Assembly: GCA_050084985.1 (NCBI GenBank)
Contig: JBITNC010000001.1
Location: 71,734,001-71,798,000, forward strand
DNA length: 64,000 nt
Direction of reading: 5' to 3'
Source: Nageia nagi
Taxonomy: Eukaryota > Plantae > Pinophyta
A model generated the notes under the pieces. It saw only the letters and a program-made list of their open reading frames with translations, ran no database searches and was not told the origin of the DNA. Both the position numbers and the translations under genes were made by a program. Below, piece after piece: positions 27,800-41,514 of the stretch. Numbering within the stretch: the first letter of the stretch is position 1; each line of letters opens with the position of its first letter.

Positions 27800-29690
27800 G
27801 TTTATACATCAAGAGTGGCTTCCCCTTATGCCACTACCATTGCCACTCTCTACCCTATGGATCTTTTGAGCCCCATTATCAATAAACATGCCTAATGAAC
27901 CTGAGATACCACTAGCAATGATATCATGGGTTTCCAAGAGTACCTTGGCCTTCCCATACTTATCCTTAAATTGAGTTATGTCCTAGTGCAGTTGCTAATT
28001 AATCTCTATCTACTTGGATATGAATGCCCAAGACTCATTAGGTGGCATAGCCAACTTATCTTGCATCCTCTTATTGTCCTTCTCTAGGAAAATAATGTAT
28101 GCATCCCTCTCTTCTATAATGGATTGTATCTCACTCATCTTGCTCCTCAAAGTGGCTAACTCGACCTCCATGGGCCTCAACCTATCAACTTCATCCTTAA
28201 ATTGTTGAAGGCTTGCTATCTCCTCCTCAAGGTCGGCTATCCTAACCATTGTGTCCTCCATAAAAGTAATAAAATTAACATTCACTTGTAATATTTTAAT
28301 AAAAATATATTATAAAATTGAAATTAATTAGAACTTAAAATATACTTGAGGGCACTAATAGAATGAATTCTTCCAATAGTTCTATCCCTGGTATGTGGGT
28401 CTATGAAGTAGGAGGCCCTGTTTAAGGCATCTCAGGAGGTGGTTCTTTGACATGCCATCTCCACATCCTCATCATCCTTGTCATATTACTCCTTAATCAA
28501 AACCTCCATACTATTCTGATCATCTGATATTGATATCCCAACTACGGTAGGTTTGATGCCTACCCACCATGCCTCATATCCTAGAACTATGTTAGGGGTA
28601 AATGAAATAGTTTCCATCTCATCAACCTCAATAGCCTCCTCCCATGTACTCTTACATACAACATAACTAGGTCATCCTTTGGTGCATATACCTCATGTCT
28701 CTACCTAAAATAATATTTTACTCCTGCAAGAATGTCTTGCATCAACCCAAACTATCATAATACATGACCTGGATAGTAGGACTTTACCCACTTATGTCAT
28801 ATATATAAGAAATAATATTGCCTCAACCATGCAGTCTGGTGGGTATTCTCATCCTAAGCATAGTAGTGGTAGCCTACCCACATTATGTCCTTAGCTTGTA
28901 TATTATCAATCTCCCTTTGCCTTTCCTTGATGTCATAAGGTAACTAAAAGTAGTGCAAAATATACACCCAATAATACATAGTGGGATCTGTAGCATCACC
29001 CCTCTACCTAGGAAGACTAACAAGATAGGACATGGAAATATGTTCATATGTCTAAACTTGTAGTAAATATGCATGTGTCACTATCACATTATACTTACCC
29101 ATCGTAACTATGTGGTGTAAATCACGATAGAGTTGGACCAAAATACATGGCCCCAATGCATAGGTTATGCTCCTCGCACAGATTTATTAAATAATCCAAA
29201 TCAACCCAAGTGCTAATACCAAATTATTTTTGTTTGGGCATAAGAATGTAATAATAATGGATGCAACCAACAACTAAAGGCTCCTCACCCTCGGATCATA
29301 CTAGCATGCCATGTGGATATAGGCTACATGAAGATCCCAATCATGATCCTCATTTCTTGTTAACCAAAAAGATAATATCTCCCTCTCCTGTTTCTTGCCA
29401 ATCGAGGCATATGAAAACTAAGCCTTCCTTATATGGGTACATGTCATGTACTATAACCATCCAACAAGGTCACAGTCATCTTACTAGTAGAGAGATGAAA
29501 AGTATTGGCATCATACTCCCATCTCTCTACTAATGCTATGATAAGTAGGAAGTTGATCTAAATATGGCCAGTAATGGCAAATTCATAGAGTCTGACCATC
29601 TCTAGGAGCTTGTTATCTTGATTGGATCAAATCTAACCTCAGGATATTCAGCTTCATAAGACCCCCATGTACTAGGTGCTTACGATCCTG
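27800..29690 (-). pseudogene. Plant mobile domain (PMD, PF10536; MAIN-like) pseudogene with C-terminal coiled coil
   Basis: Minus-strand translation from 29545 gives LIIALVERWEYDANTFHLSTSKMTVTLLD; near 29165 TYALGPCILVQLYRDLHH; coiled-coil ORF 28010-28285; acceptor-like TTGCAG at 29688; multiple stops. Confidence 0.85.
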
Positions 29691-31629
29691 CAATAAAAAT
29701 AAAAAATAATCAAAACTCATACAATATACACAAATTAAAGTGAACATTTAATAAAAAATTTACGTATATTTTAATACAAAATGGTTGCAAAATAAAATTT
29801 CTCCTTCTCTAAGGCAAGTAGATCAAACATTCAAAATGTTTTTTCCTTTACACTCGAAGTATAATAGACATACGAACACACGAATATTCTACTCAAATTT
29901 CATGGGATAGGGTTTACAAATTCTAAATTGGAATAAAAATCAAGCTCAAATCTAAAATAATGCAATCCCAACCTAAAATGTAATAGTTTCTTCCTCAACA
30001 TTATCTTTTTCACATGAAATTGACTCCAAAGGTAGAGCTAGGGGAAAAAAATTTCAAATTCACCCCCCTACTGATTCCTAACACCATATACATAGTAAAC
30101 ATAGGCATGGAGAATCGAATCTACAATAATAATAAAATTATAAACTTTAAAAGGGTAGGATTCAACATGGAAATGACTAGTATTTTATTAAAATAAATTT
30201 CTTATAAAATTGGGCTAGATAATTAAATTAAAACTTTTAAAATAAAAACTACAACCCCCCTATTTTGTTTGTTTTTATAGGACCTCAACTAAGCCCTAAG
30301 GTATTTGATGAGAAAATACAGGTAAAAACAAAGACAAAAATCCAAGGTGAAGAAAGCAAAGTGAACTAACTATATGATGGGCTAGAAGGCTACAAATATA
30401 CTTCACCAAATGGTGGTGACATGTCGCCAAAGGTAGCTCAACTGCTCTCCAATCTACCATGTGACTAGAAATAAGATAAAATTATAGTTAAATAATAGTT
30501 GGAGGGCCTGACTTCACCAACAAGAAGAAAATGGTCAAAAGTGCCTAGTTAAAAAGCAAGTAGATAAGAAAGGTCAGAGCATTTCAAGTAGGAAGAGGTG
30601 GTAAAAAGTGAAAATGACAAAAAGTTGAATCCCTCTTTTTATGAAATTTGGTCCCAAAACCTTAGTTATGTGTTCATTTTTTATTTTCATGAAATGGTGC
30701 ATGTAAAAATTCAATTTCAACATTTTTCTGCATACTAAATTATGTTATCTTCATTATATTTCTTTTGAAAAATCAACTTCATGAATTTTAGAGCTTCCAC
30801 GCTCTAATTTTACATGTTATTTTAAGTTAAAAAGGCATAGTGAATATTTCCATGAATTTTTATTTGAAAATGCCATTATTTCACAAATATATCTCCTAAT
30901 GATTATTATGATCAAAGTTGTAGAAGACTTGTTCTGATAATTCTTCAAAATCAAAGTAACTGCGATGTGCAAAGATTGTCTTCAAGGCATTGGGGCCATA
31001 AAATATTTATGAAATTCATTGTAAATTCCCTCATAAATGATAAATTAAGGGCATTATCTCTTTAAATATTTGGTATATAATGAGAACATTGCATATATTT
31101 CTGTAATGACTATTTTCAAAAGAATGCATGCTTTACTAATAAAATCTGAAAGTTCAAAGACATGGTAACCCTATGAGAACAATTTTTAAAATTACAATTC
31201 AATGTGATTTCAATATCTCTTCCAAGCTTGAGGCATATCTTCGTTTCATCAACTTGATGTTCATAGACTATGAGTTGCAACAACAGTAGTCTAATAATGA
31301 ATGTTTTATTAATTTCATCCTTGGTTCTTACTTTGAATATTATTTTAATGGATGTTATTTATGCAAGTATTATTTCTTTTATTTGCATATATAAGCTAGG
31401 AGAGTAGGACCTCCATAGTATCTACTGACTTCCTTTGCACACAAGATATCATTTTGGCTTGTTTACCACATAAAAGCTAGAGCAAGGGGCAATCCAAGAC
31501 CAAAAGGGGCAAATGATATATCATACTCAACACAAAATCATGAAAGGGAATTTTACTTTGGCTTTGAAACTTTTTCACTTATATTAACTTCTTTTGATTA
31601 TGCAATTTCAATGCTTTACATTTCATATC

Positions 31630-32210
31630 CAAAGAGGGGAAAAATGTAGACGCCTAACAATGATTTATTATTTATTTAATAAATCATATCTTAGACTTCT
31701 TTAAATAATAAAAAGCAATATTACATATGTCAAGATAAATTTGATATTACCATGAAGTATCTTCAATACAACCAAGATTATATTATTTTTATGAGTCATC
31801 TTTCTCTCCTTTCCATATCTTTTTAGGTTATAAAAGGAGGAGTTGAAGTTTGACATCCCCATCGAATCTCTCTAATAGGTGATTTTTCCATACATAATAC
31901 TTATGGTGTCTCTAGATGCCACCTATTTTTCAGGATTTGTTATAATCTAAGCTCTATTATATGTTATTATTTTATGCACAATCTGATTCTATAGGATTTA
32001 GGATGTCAACATTGTATAACTTGCATGTTTCTTATGGTATACTCCTTTATGATCCAAGCTATAGATAAAAGATGTGATGAATGCTAGTTTGCATGGTTCA
32101 TTATCATCATCAAGTTCATCTCTGATCCTATCCAATCCTTTGTATTCTCTTTCCAAACCTTGAGGATTGCCTTATCATAATCAGGTGCACACTTTTTATT
32201 TATTTATCAA
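31630..32210 (+). repeat. PPT plus LTR of Ogre/Tat-like element
   Basis: AAAGAGGGGAAAAA immediately followed by TGTAGACGCCTAA at 31645; TTATAAAAGGAG near 31828; 3' end approximate. Confidence 0.6.
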
Positions 32211-32269
32211 TATATTTAAATAAGTGTCATCTCTATAGACTTAATTTATGTTTCTATTTTGTATTTACA

Positions 32270-34440
32270 TAATATAGGGACTACACCAAGATACCCATGT
32301 CTCCCTTGGAGTCTCTTAACATGATGGAAAGTATACCTAGGCACATGCAAGACTCCTATAACCCAATGTTTACATTCTAAGCCCTTGTATGTGATTACAC
32401 CCATCTCAAGGAACCTCATTTTGGATGTGGGATATGAGAGCATATAAATAACCCTTGGATACTATTGGATGAGATTACATCAATCCCAACACTATATTAA
32501 TGATGAAGCTACCTCTCACTATAAAAGAATGATTCTTGAAAGTTAATGGTTTTCGATTATTATTATGGTTTATTATTCTTGGCTTGGATATTGCTCTTCC
32601 TTGATTCCATTCTTTGGAGTGAGATTGAAGATTCATCTATTGAAAAGAAATATATTTTCAAGTGTAGTAGCAAAATAAATGAACCAAAAAATTAAATACA
32701 CTATAAAATATTTTACCCAAAGCTCTCTTTTATTATGTGGAGTTGTGTAAATTTCTCCTTGATCTGTCTCACTGTTACGACACTTAGTATTTTCTCCTAC
32801 TATCTCTTCACTCCTTTTCCTTCTATAGACTAGCAAAAGTTTTACTAAAAAATAAATAAAACTGACTAGTCTTCCTTTTATAATTTTAAAGAAGCTAGCC
32901 AACAAAACAATATGTAGTTACAACAATTAACTAGCATTACACCACATAGAGTTAATTTTGGTTATGGCCATAAACCAATCTCATCTCCACCTAGTATCCT
33001 CCAAAATAGCCATAACCACTAACAAACACTATTTCCTAATACCTAATATTCCCATCTACCTACAATCAAATTTGGGCTCAATTGGTTGAGCCAATCTTTC
33101 ATAATTGGCTTTTGAACATAAATAAACATGCTCTTTAGAAATACAAACTTGCAAAATTCTCAGCCCAATAATTGGCCAAAACACCAATAAAAAAATAACA
33201 AATACCTTATAAAACATTCAAGTCTTTCATAATCCAAATAATAGGATGGATCTAGTCTTATTGCGCCACTTGACGGCTTGTAAATCTTCAAAGAAACAGC
33301 CTAAACACACAATCTAGCCTCCCAAATGCCCCCTCATGTTAATGGGCCTCCAAAATTCCCCTCGCAATCTAGCCTCAAAAATGCCCCCCATGCTAACGGG
33401 CCTCCAAACGCCCCCTCGTAATTTGGCCTCCAAATGCCTCCCATTTCATTAAAAACATTACAAATTTCAAAATGCTATAACTTTTGATCACGAAGTCAGT
33501 TTTACAAACTATAAAAAGTTACAAAAAGAGGAAGGTGATCTCTATAACATAATGTAATAAATCAACAAAAAATGAAATTGAAAATTTACTTTTTTTCCTT
33601 TTGTATTTTTTAATATAAAAAATACCCAAACTTTGAAAATATATTTCTCACACATACGAGATCGAATTTTTGATCCATTGAAACTGACGATATTATAATG
33701 AAGAACTCTTCGATGTGAAATCTTTATTTTTTTGAAATAATATGATCCAATTTTGGATCACAGAACAAGACTTACATGGGCACACACTTGAGGAATAGCA
33801 CACCTCAGGTTGTTACCTAGCTATTCAAGGGGTGTTGGCATTATCCTTGGCTTAGTAGAATATTCCTAATGGATCTTTGAGAATCCACCATAGTTGTTGA
33901 AGGAGGAAGCCATGGTGCAAGCCTTGTCACATTGTGGATCTAAGCCCTAAATCATTAATATTCATTACATAAGCATTGTAATTGAGATCTATATATCCAC
34001 ATCAATTGCAATTACATTATTGAATCACTACATTATTGTTTTGCATGTTATTTTAATACATTTGGATTTCCATAACTAGATGTTAGATCTATGGTATAAT
34101 GTGGCTATTTTGTGAGTGTTTGGCATCACTACTCTAGACATTAGCATTATGGGTAAATTTGGGTATGTTTAAGTGATATTATAGCTCCCATATTTAGGCA
34201 TTGGATTTCTATCGAGTAATTAGTACCTCCTAGCTAGACATTGAGTATTTTATGATTAATTGATGTTATCTTTACATTAGAAGTGTGATATTGGCTTCTA
34301 TGGAGCATTTTTCCCTAGATATGTGGCTTAGAGTGTGACGTCCCTCTCTTAGGGATAGTTTGCTAGTTTTTAATTATTATTTTATTTCTAGAATTTGGGA
34401 ATTTGCATAAAATCCAAGTGAGCCTTAGTTTATCTCATCA
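32270..34440 (+). repeat. Diverged copy of the 1-5201 LTR family, interrupted by a ~1.14-kb insertion (about 32624-33765)
   Basis: GATACCCATGTCTCCCTTGGAG at 32290 matches about 4309; homology breaks after TTTGGAGTGAG (~32623), resumes at CAAGACTTACATGGGCACACAC (~33766) and ends CTCATCA at 34440. Confidence 0.8.
33310..33445. repeat. Short tandem repeat (GCCTCCAAA..CCCCCTC units, about 27 bp)
   Basis: Five degenerate copies of (CTA/GG)GCCTCCAAA(T/C)GCCCCC inside the 1.14-kb insertion. Confidence 0.75.
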
Positions 34441-37400
34441 TAAAAATTAATATAATATGTACACATTATCATGAAAGCACCAAATATCCTATTCATAGAT
34501 GCAAATTATCATAAAAATATATAATGTCTCAATCATAGATGCATACATATGATCATAAATAACTATCAAGGTGATGGTTAGTTTAAATCCAACCAACAAA
34601 GGTGTTGAATGTAAATGAGGGTCACATTGTCATGGAAGCAATAAACTACCTCATTCATGGATTCACATCATTATGGAAGAAAATGATGCCTTATTCGTGT
34701 ATGTATCAAATGATAAAGCGATATATGCACAACCCAAAGGTTGTCATATTCTATAATATGGGATTTTATCAATATCTTCCTAGTAAAGACATACAATATG
34801 ATAAATGCCCAACCCATGGGGTTATCATATTACACAACATAGTGATCATAAAGCAACAACAGTGATGATTACTTAATGTACACCCAATAAGGATATAATC
34901 ATAAATAATTCATGGTTATTTAATGCACGTCCATCCAACAAGGACATGATCATAAAGCAGTGATGGTTATTTAACATCCACCCAACAAGGACATGATCAT
35001 AAAGCATAAAGCAATATTGGTTATTTAAATTCCATCCAACAAGGGCATGATCATAAAGAAGGGATGGCTATTTAACATCCACCAACAAGGACATGATAAT
35101 ATATTTACAAATGAAGTAATGTGATATAATCATGATAAGAATATTATAGATCAAATAGTACTCGTATATTTATTATACATATGAAAATATCAAGATGGTA
35201 CAAAAAATAATACCTGACCTTACTACTGATGACCATGGTGAGGGTATAATGCTCAGCATGGATGCTAATGTTAGCATTGTCACCACTCTCATAGTGGACA
35301 CTAAGGTCGTTATGTTGGTTGAGATAGGAGTTTATTTGACACTGAGATACCTATGAATATACCCATATAAACTACAAATTGTGATAAAAAAAGGCTTCCC
35401 ATTTTCTCAAGGCATAAACTGTATGATTTATAAACTCAAACTGATATATTGAAGTGTATAACTCTCATAATCTTATTTTACAATATGTACTAAATCACAA
35501 GACATCTATGAAACCTTTGACATCACCATACTTATTGAATATAATAAATCTTAAAATAGACCAATGTGTATGTTGATATGCCTACATGAAAAATATATTG
35601 AAGGCCAATGCTATCTCTAGGATAACAAAATAAAAATGGAGCTAATCTATGATCTTGGACATCTAAACATGCTACTAAATGAATATGACTTAGAAAACAC
35701 AAGTGGCAAGATTCTCTTATGCATAAAATGGTTTCATGTGCCTAGCATTGGTAGAAAATTTATTTCCTTTTCCATCAAAAGTCACTAATTTGTATGCTCC
35801 CTTGGGATATTTCTTCTTAATTCTATATGGACCCATCCAATTTATCTCAAATTTACCTTTTTCCTTCTCCTCAGCCTCAATTTTGTTTAAGAACCAAATC
35901 ACCAACTTGAAACTCCCTTGTTCTTACCTTCTTTGCATATGCTTTCTGAGTTCTTTTCTAATATGTTCTAAGATGTTCCAAAGCATGGATCATTCTCTCA
36001 TCCAATCCTTTTAACTATCTTTATCTTTATTTCCTTTTTTCTTCCCAATCAATAATGCCTTCCAAATACACCCTTGATGATGGTATTTCCAACTCTAATG
36101 AAATTATTGTCTCATCCCCATAAACTAATGAAAATGGAGTACACCTCGTTGCTAATTTAATGCTTATTTTATAAGCCCATAATGCATATATCAATTGCAA
36201 ATACCAATATCTTTAATGTTTTTGATATTTTGCATAAAATATTTATGATAGTCTTATTAGTTGCTTCAACTTGTCCATTTTCTTGAGAATATTATGTTGA
36301 TGAGAACTTTTATTTTATCTTAAATACCTTACGAAATTCCTTGACATGCTTATTTTTTAAATTTTTTCCATTGTCCATGATTATGTGAGATAGAATAACA
36401 AATCTTGCAATGATATTATTAGTCAAAAAAATCACAATTTGAGGACCCTTGGATGATCTCAAAGGAACTATATCTGCCCACGTAAAATACTCAATAGCAA
36501 TCAAAATAAATTTATGTCCTTCACTAGATTTAAGATTAATAACCCCAACCAAATCTAAAGCCCAAATACAAAATGGCCAAGAAAAAACCATTATAGCCAA
36601 CTTATTTGAAGGAGTCAATCTTAAATTAGTATGCTTTTGATATTTTTCATATTTCTTAACATGAAGCATGCAATTTTTTCTATAGATGTCCAATAATAAA
36701 TCAATCTTAGAAGCTTATGAAATACATTCTTATCATTAAAGTGTCCTCCATTATACTATCATGCACTTGTTCCATAGCTTTTCTAGTTTCTTCTTCAATC
36801 AAACATCTAAGAAATATTCCATCAAAATATCTTTTGTAAAGAATATCACCAATAATGATATACATTGTTGTTGTTCACTTGAGCCTTCGTTTGAGAAAAT
36901 TTTTGTGACATGAATCTGGAATCTTTCCATATTTTAAGAAGTTGTATATATCAGCATACCACTCATGCAATGGAAGGATAACACATATAATTGGTTCTTT
37001 CTCAAAGAAATTAATGAAGGTTCCCTCATCTACCAAGGAATGATTATTGAGACTATTTATTTTGATAATAGTTTCTTTATCCTCAATGGAAATAGGTGTT
37101 AAATAAGTGTCATTGGCCATGGCATTAGAAAATCTATTATTGTTTCTTGGAATATTCTCAAATTGAACCTTTGTAGAGCATCTTAAAACCTTATTTGTTA
37201 CCAAATCTTTGTATGGTTGTAATTTTTCATATTTTGTATTATAAGCCTCATTTATTTGATTGATAACAAGTTGTGAATCACCATAAACATGTAAATTCTT
37301 GATACTCAAATTGATAGAAGCCTTCAAACCCAAAACCAAAGCCTCATACTCAGCCATGTTGTTAGTGCAATCAAAATTTAGCTTATAAGCCATTGGAATA

Positions 37401-38125
37401 ATACCACCTATAGAAGATACTAGTATGATACTTGCCTCAAATCCTTTTAGACACTTAGAACCATTAAAATAGAATGTCCATGTTTTCTCAACATCTCCCT
37501 CAAGCTATGCCATAAGTTCATCTTGAAATTGTTCTTTGCTTAAAGTAAAATTTTGACATGATGCCTAAACCACAATATCAGCAATAATTGGTTCTTTGAT
37601 TTCCTTTTAATGCATGTATATGAGGTCAAATTCTTGTAATTCCATTATCCGTTTGGCAAGTCTTCCTTGCAATTGAGGTTTACAAAGTAGATACCTCAAT
37701 GGATTAACTTGATCAAATACATAAGTGGTATTGGTAATCATATAATGCCTTAATTTTTGAGTGGTGTAGACAATAGCATAACACAACTTCTCAATTGAAG
37801 TATACCTTATTTTCGCATCATGCAATATTTTTGACAAATAATACACATATCTTTCTTTATTTTCATCATCAAATTGTACCAAAATAGTTCCTAAAGCATG
37901 ATTTGTAGCAATATAAATACCTTTCATGATCAATAGGTTGCAAAACAAGAGGATTGAGTAAGTACCTTTTGATATCATCAAATACTTTTTGACATTCTTC
38001 AATCCAAATAAACTTGTTATCTTTCTCAAGTGAGAGAAAGGAAATTTCCTATCTATCAACTGAAGCATAAACCTTTTGACTACTTGTAATTTCCCTTGTA
38101 AACTTCGAAGCTGGTTGATGTTCTC
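34441..38125 (-). mobile_element. 5'-truncated Ogre/Tat-lineage Ty3/Gypsy: RT thumb, RNase H, additional RNase H (aRH), integrase, 3' UTR
   Basis: NINQLRSLQGKLQ (~38120); RH VYYLSK..RYTSIEKLC..KLRHYM (37607-38068); aRH WTFYFNGS..CTNNMAEYEAL..VYGDSQLVINQ (36875-37480); integrase WALDLVG..IIMDNGKN (36310-36693); GKFEINWMGPY (35717-35905). Confidence 0.9.
34790..35100. repeat. Tandem array of ~46-53-bp units in the Ogre/Tat 3' UTR
   Basis: Repeated CCAACAAGGACATGATCATAAAGCAGTGATGGTTATTTAA, about 5-6 degenerate copies. Confidence 0.85.
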
Positions 38126-38148
38126 TAAGAGATCAAAGAATAATAATG

Positions 38149-38176
38149 CTTCTCTCTCTCTCTCTCTCTCTCTCTC

Positions 38177-38249
<73 letters not shown>

Positions 38250-38254
38250 TCTCT

Positions 38255-38293
<39 letters not shown>

Positions 38294-38396
38294 ACTCTCT
38301 CTCTCACTCTCATCTCTCTCTCTTCTCTCATCTCTTCTCTCTCTCTCTTCTCTCTCTCTCTCTCTCTTCTCATCTCTCTCTCTACTCTCTCTCTCT
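38149..38396. repeat. Imperfect (CT)n/(GA)n microsatellite, about 250 bp
   Basis: Directly visible. Confidence 0.98.
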
Positions 38397-39294
38397 AGGA
38401 GTTATATCAAAGCTAGTGGCATCCTTTATTGTAATGTAATATTCAATATTAATCATATCCACTAATCCTTTAGATCTATTATATATGTTAGGATGTAATA
38501 CAACCTTCCACTTTGGAGTTTTGACTCTTATGCATATTGCTTTAGGTTATGTAATATATTAATTTAGGAGATAATTTGGGCATAGTGTAAGCATCCAAAA
38601 TATTACATTGGGAGGTTTCTAAACAACTCCTTTATGAGTAGGGTTTTAATGTTCTTCATATGATATTTTATAGATTTTACATTCATATCTCTAACTTTTT
38701 GGTTAAGTTTAGGATGATAAACTTTTATTTTCATTTGTTACAAAGATTCAATGATTCTGTCTGTAAGCATTTAATATTCTCCATGTGACATTTTGACCTT
38801 TTTCAATTATATCTATGATGCGCTTGTTGACCTTATTTCTTCATGTATATATAAGATTGATAGAACCTCATACTTTATATTTTTAAATTGCATTATTATC
38901 ACCTTGATTAGAGCATACAGTAAACACAATATATAGCATGATAAAATTTGCTACATAACTCCTTCCTCTTAAAGCTTTTAATGTTCCTCATTTTCATTAT
39001 TGTATTCTTCAAATAATGTTTACAATCATATACTTTTAAAGATATATACTTCTTTAAACGTAAATATCTAAAAGTACTGTATAACCTAATTAAACTCCTT
39101 AAGAGAGTTTCAACACTAAGATATATTTAAAAAAATTATCATAGAATGTTTATATTTATTTTTTTAATTTAATACTTTATGCCTCTACTTTCTTCTTCAT
39201 ATCCCATGTCTCTATTTGTTTCTAAGGTATTAATATTAAAATTTAGAGGTATTATAATAAAAAAACATTATTAAGATTACAACTTTAGAGGTAT

Positions 39295-39311
39295 TATTGA
39301 TGATGATGTTG

Positions 39312-39346
<35 letters not shown>

Positions 39347-39350
39347 TATT
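39295..39350. repeat. Compound (GAT)n(GTT)n(ATT)n microsatellite
   Basis: Directly visible. Confidence 0.85.
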
Positions 39351-39659
39351 TTGTTTGTTAATCATATGCTATTAATAAAAATAATAATTTATATAAAATG
39401 TTATGAAATATTAAAAACATAATTTAAAAATAATTAATAGTATAATTCTAAATAATATATATAATATAATTGTGTGTTATATTATATGTATAAAAATATT
39501 TTTGATTTAAACTTTTAATTTATTTGATTTAAATATTTATCTCCTCACACATGCTCTTCGTAACTCAAACTAAGAATGGTTTCAAATTCAAAAAACAACA
39601 CAAAAGTTGCTCTCCCTTAAAATAAAGATATTAAAATTTGAATGATCTATGAAATACGA

Positions 39660-40430
39660 AGACCTCCATACAAATTATATAATTTAATTCATATTATATA
39701 AAAAAAATATATAATTATATAGAAGTCTTGTCAATCCATTAATATGTATTCAAACAATTTAATAAAGATTATTTTTATTTACACTAAAATAAACTATAAC
39801 ATACCAAGATCAAATCTTATTCAGTATATAGACATAAATAGTGCATTACAAATCCTATTACAATATAAATCTCATATGCATTAAATCTCAAGCATATATC
39901 TAAAAAAGTAATAAAAATATTGGTATTTGAATAATAAATAGTGCATTGCAAATCCTATTACAATATAAATCTCATATGCATTAAATCTCAAGCATGTATC
40001 TAAAAAATTAATAAAGACATTTATATTTGAATAATCTATTATCACATTTTAATTAATAAAATACAATTCATTATTTAATAAGTTATACTTTTACAACATA
40101 TTGTATAACACAAAAACCTCCATACAATTTATATAATTTAATTTGAATATTATTCAAATCTAAATAGCATACAAATCAAAAAGATGTATAAATATATAGA
40201 AGTTTTGGAAATCCATTAATATGGATTAAACATTTTTTAAAAGATTATTTTTATTTACAATTAAAAAAAAATTTATAACATACCAAGATTAAAATTTATA
40301 GAATAGATAGATAGAAATAGTGTATTACAATATAAATATCATATACATTAAATCTCAAACATATAAATAAAAATAGATAATAAAGACACTTATATTTGAA
40401 TAATTTGTGATCTAATTTTAATTCACAAAA
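39660..40430. repeat. AT-rich nested direct duplications (~455-bp period containing a 100-bp tandem duplication)
   Basis: ACCTCCATACAA.TTATATAATTTAATT at 39662 and about 40116; AAATAGTGCATT.CAAATCCTATTACAATATAAATCTCATATGC at 39836 and 39936. Confidence 0.8.
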
Positions 40431-41514
40431 TTCAATCTAAATAACATCCAAATATTCGAATAATTAATACATTTATATATATCAAACAATACATTTTCCG
40501 AATACAAAACAACCAATGCATTTTATATTCCAAGCTTGCAATATTCACATACCTAAAAGAATCAATTACAAAAAAGAGAAGATGCCAGTGGAAGCAAAAT
40601 TGTTATAGTTCCAATCCCTGAAGCAAAATTTTTATATCATTGTTATTGTAAGAAATTATTTTATATATAACAAATATTTTTTGGCATAAATTTAATTTTT
40701 TTTTAATTTTATATTGTCGGCTATTTATGATGGAGTGATATTTTGGCTCCCCACCCCTTGGTTGCCACTATAGGAACGCCTCTTGATATGCGGTAGACAA
40801 AATGGGAATAGTTGGAATGCGAATAGAAGCTTTATTGCAGCACCCCTACTATTCTTATTCCAAGCACTTTCGCCCTAGAAGGGGGAGTTATTTCCTACCA
40901 GAACAATACTTATTATTAGTTACTCTTAATACATATCATCACTCACCATAATCTAACTCGATTTTTGTATCTCTTAATTGAAATTACTTTGAATCACCAT
41001 AGTTCTTCAAATCACTATATCCTTTAAATCATTAAATTATTAAATCGCTAAAGTCTTCAAAGCACCAAATGCTATAATTACTTGTTCTTTAAATTTTATT
41101 TGGAATTCTCTCCTACTAACATCATGAAATATCATGCCTCTCTTTACCCAAATTTCTATCTCATAAGGTGCTACCCTATTTTGTCAAAAGGTTTTTCAAT
41201 CATATTTAGGTCACCACAAAGTACCCAAACTATATGTGGTATAGAAAAAGCAAGCCAACACCAGAGACAATACCTATCATGAGCATCATTCAAGTTATAA
41301 ATATTGATAATCTTAAATTGTTTCTTGTAAGCCTCAAGTAATATCCAAACCACCTTATTTGGGGGATCAACATCTTATGTTACAATATTAGATTACCACC
41401 TAGGGGAAATGAAAGTTACTATTCTATCCTTCCCAAACAATATTGAGATATATGATTATCATTGTTGCCAACACGGTAATAGGAATAGAAAACTTAGCAA
41501 CAAGAACAAAAATA

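Noticed and set aside
38076-38465. ORFs of 82-129 aa with SL/RE repeats
   Set aside because: Translations of the CT microsatellite.
38413-40770. TAGTGGCA...TGCCACTA as transposon TIRs
   Set aside because: Only 8 bp match and no target-site duplication.
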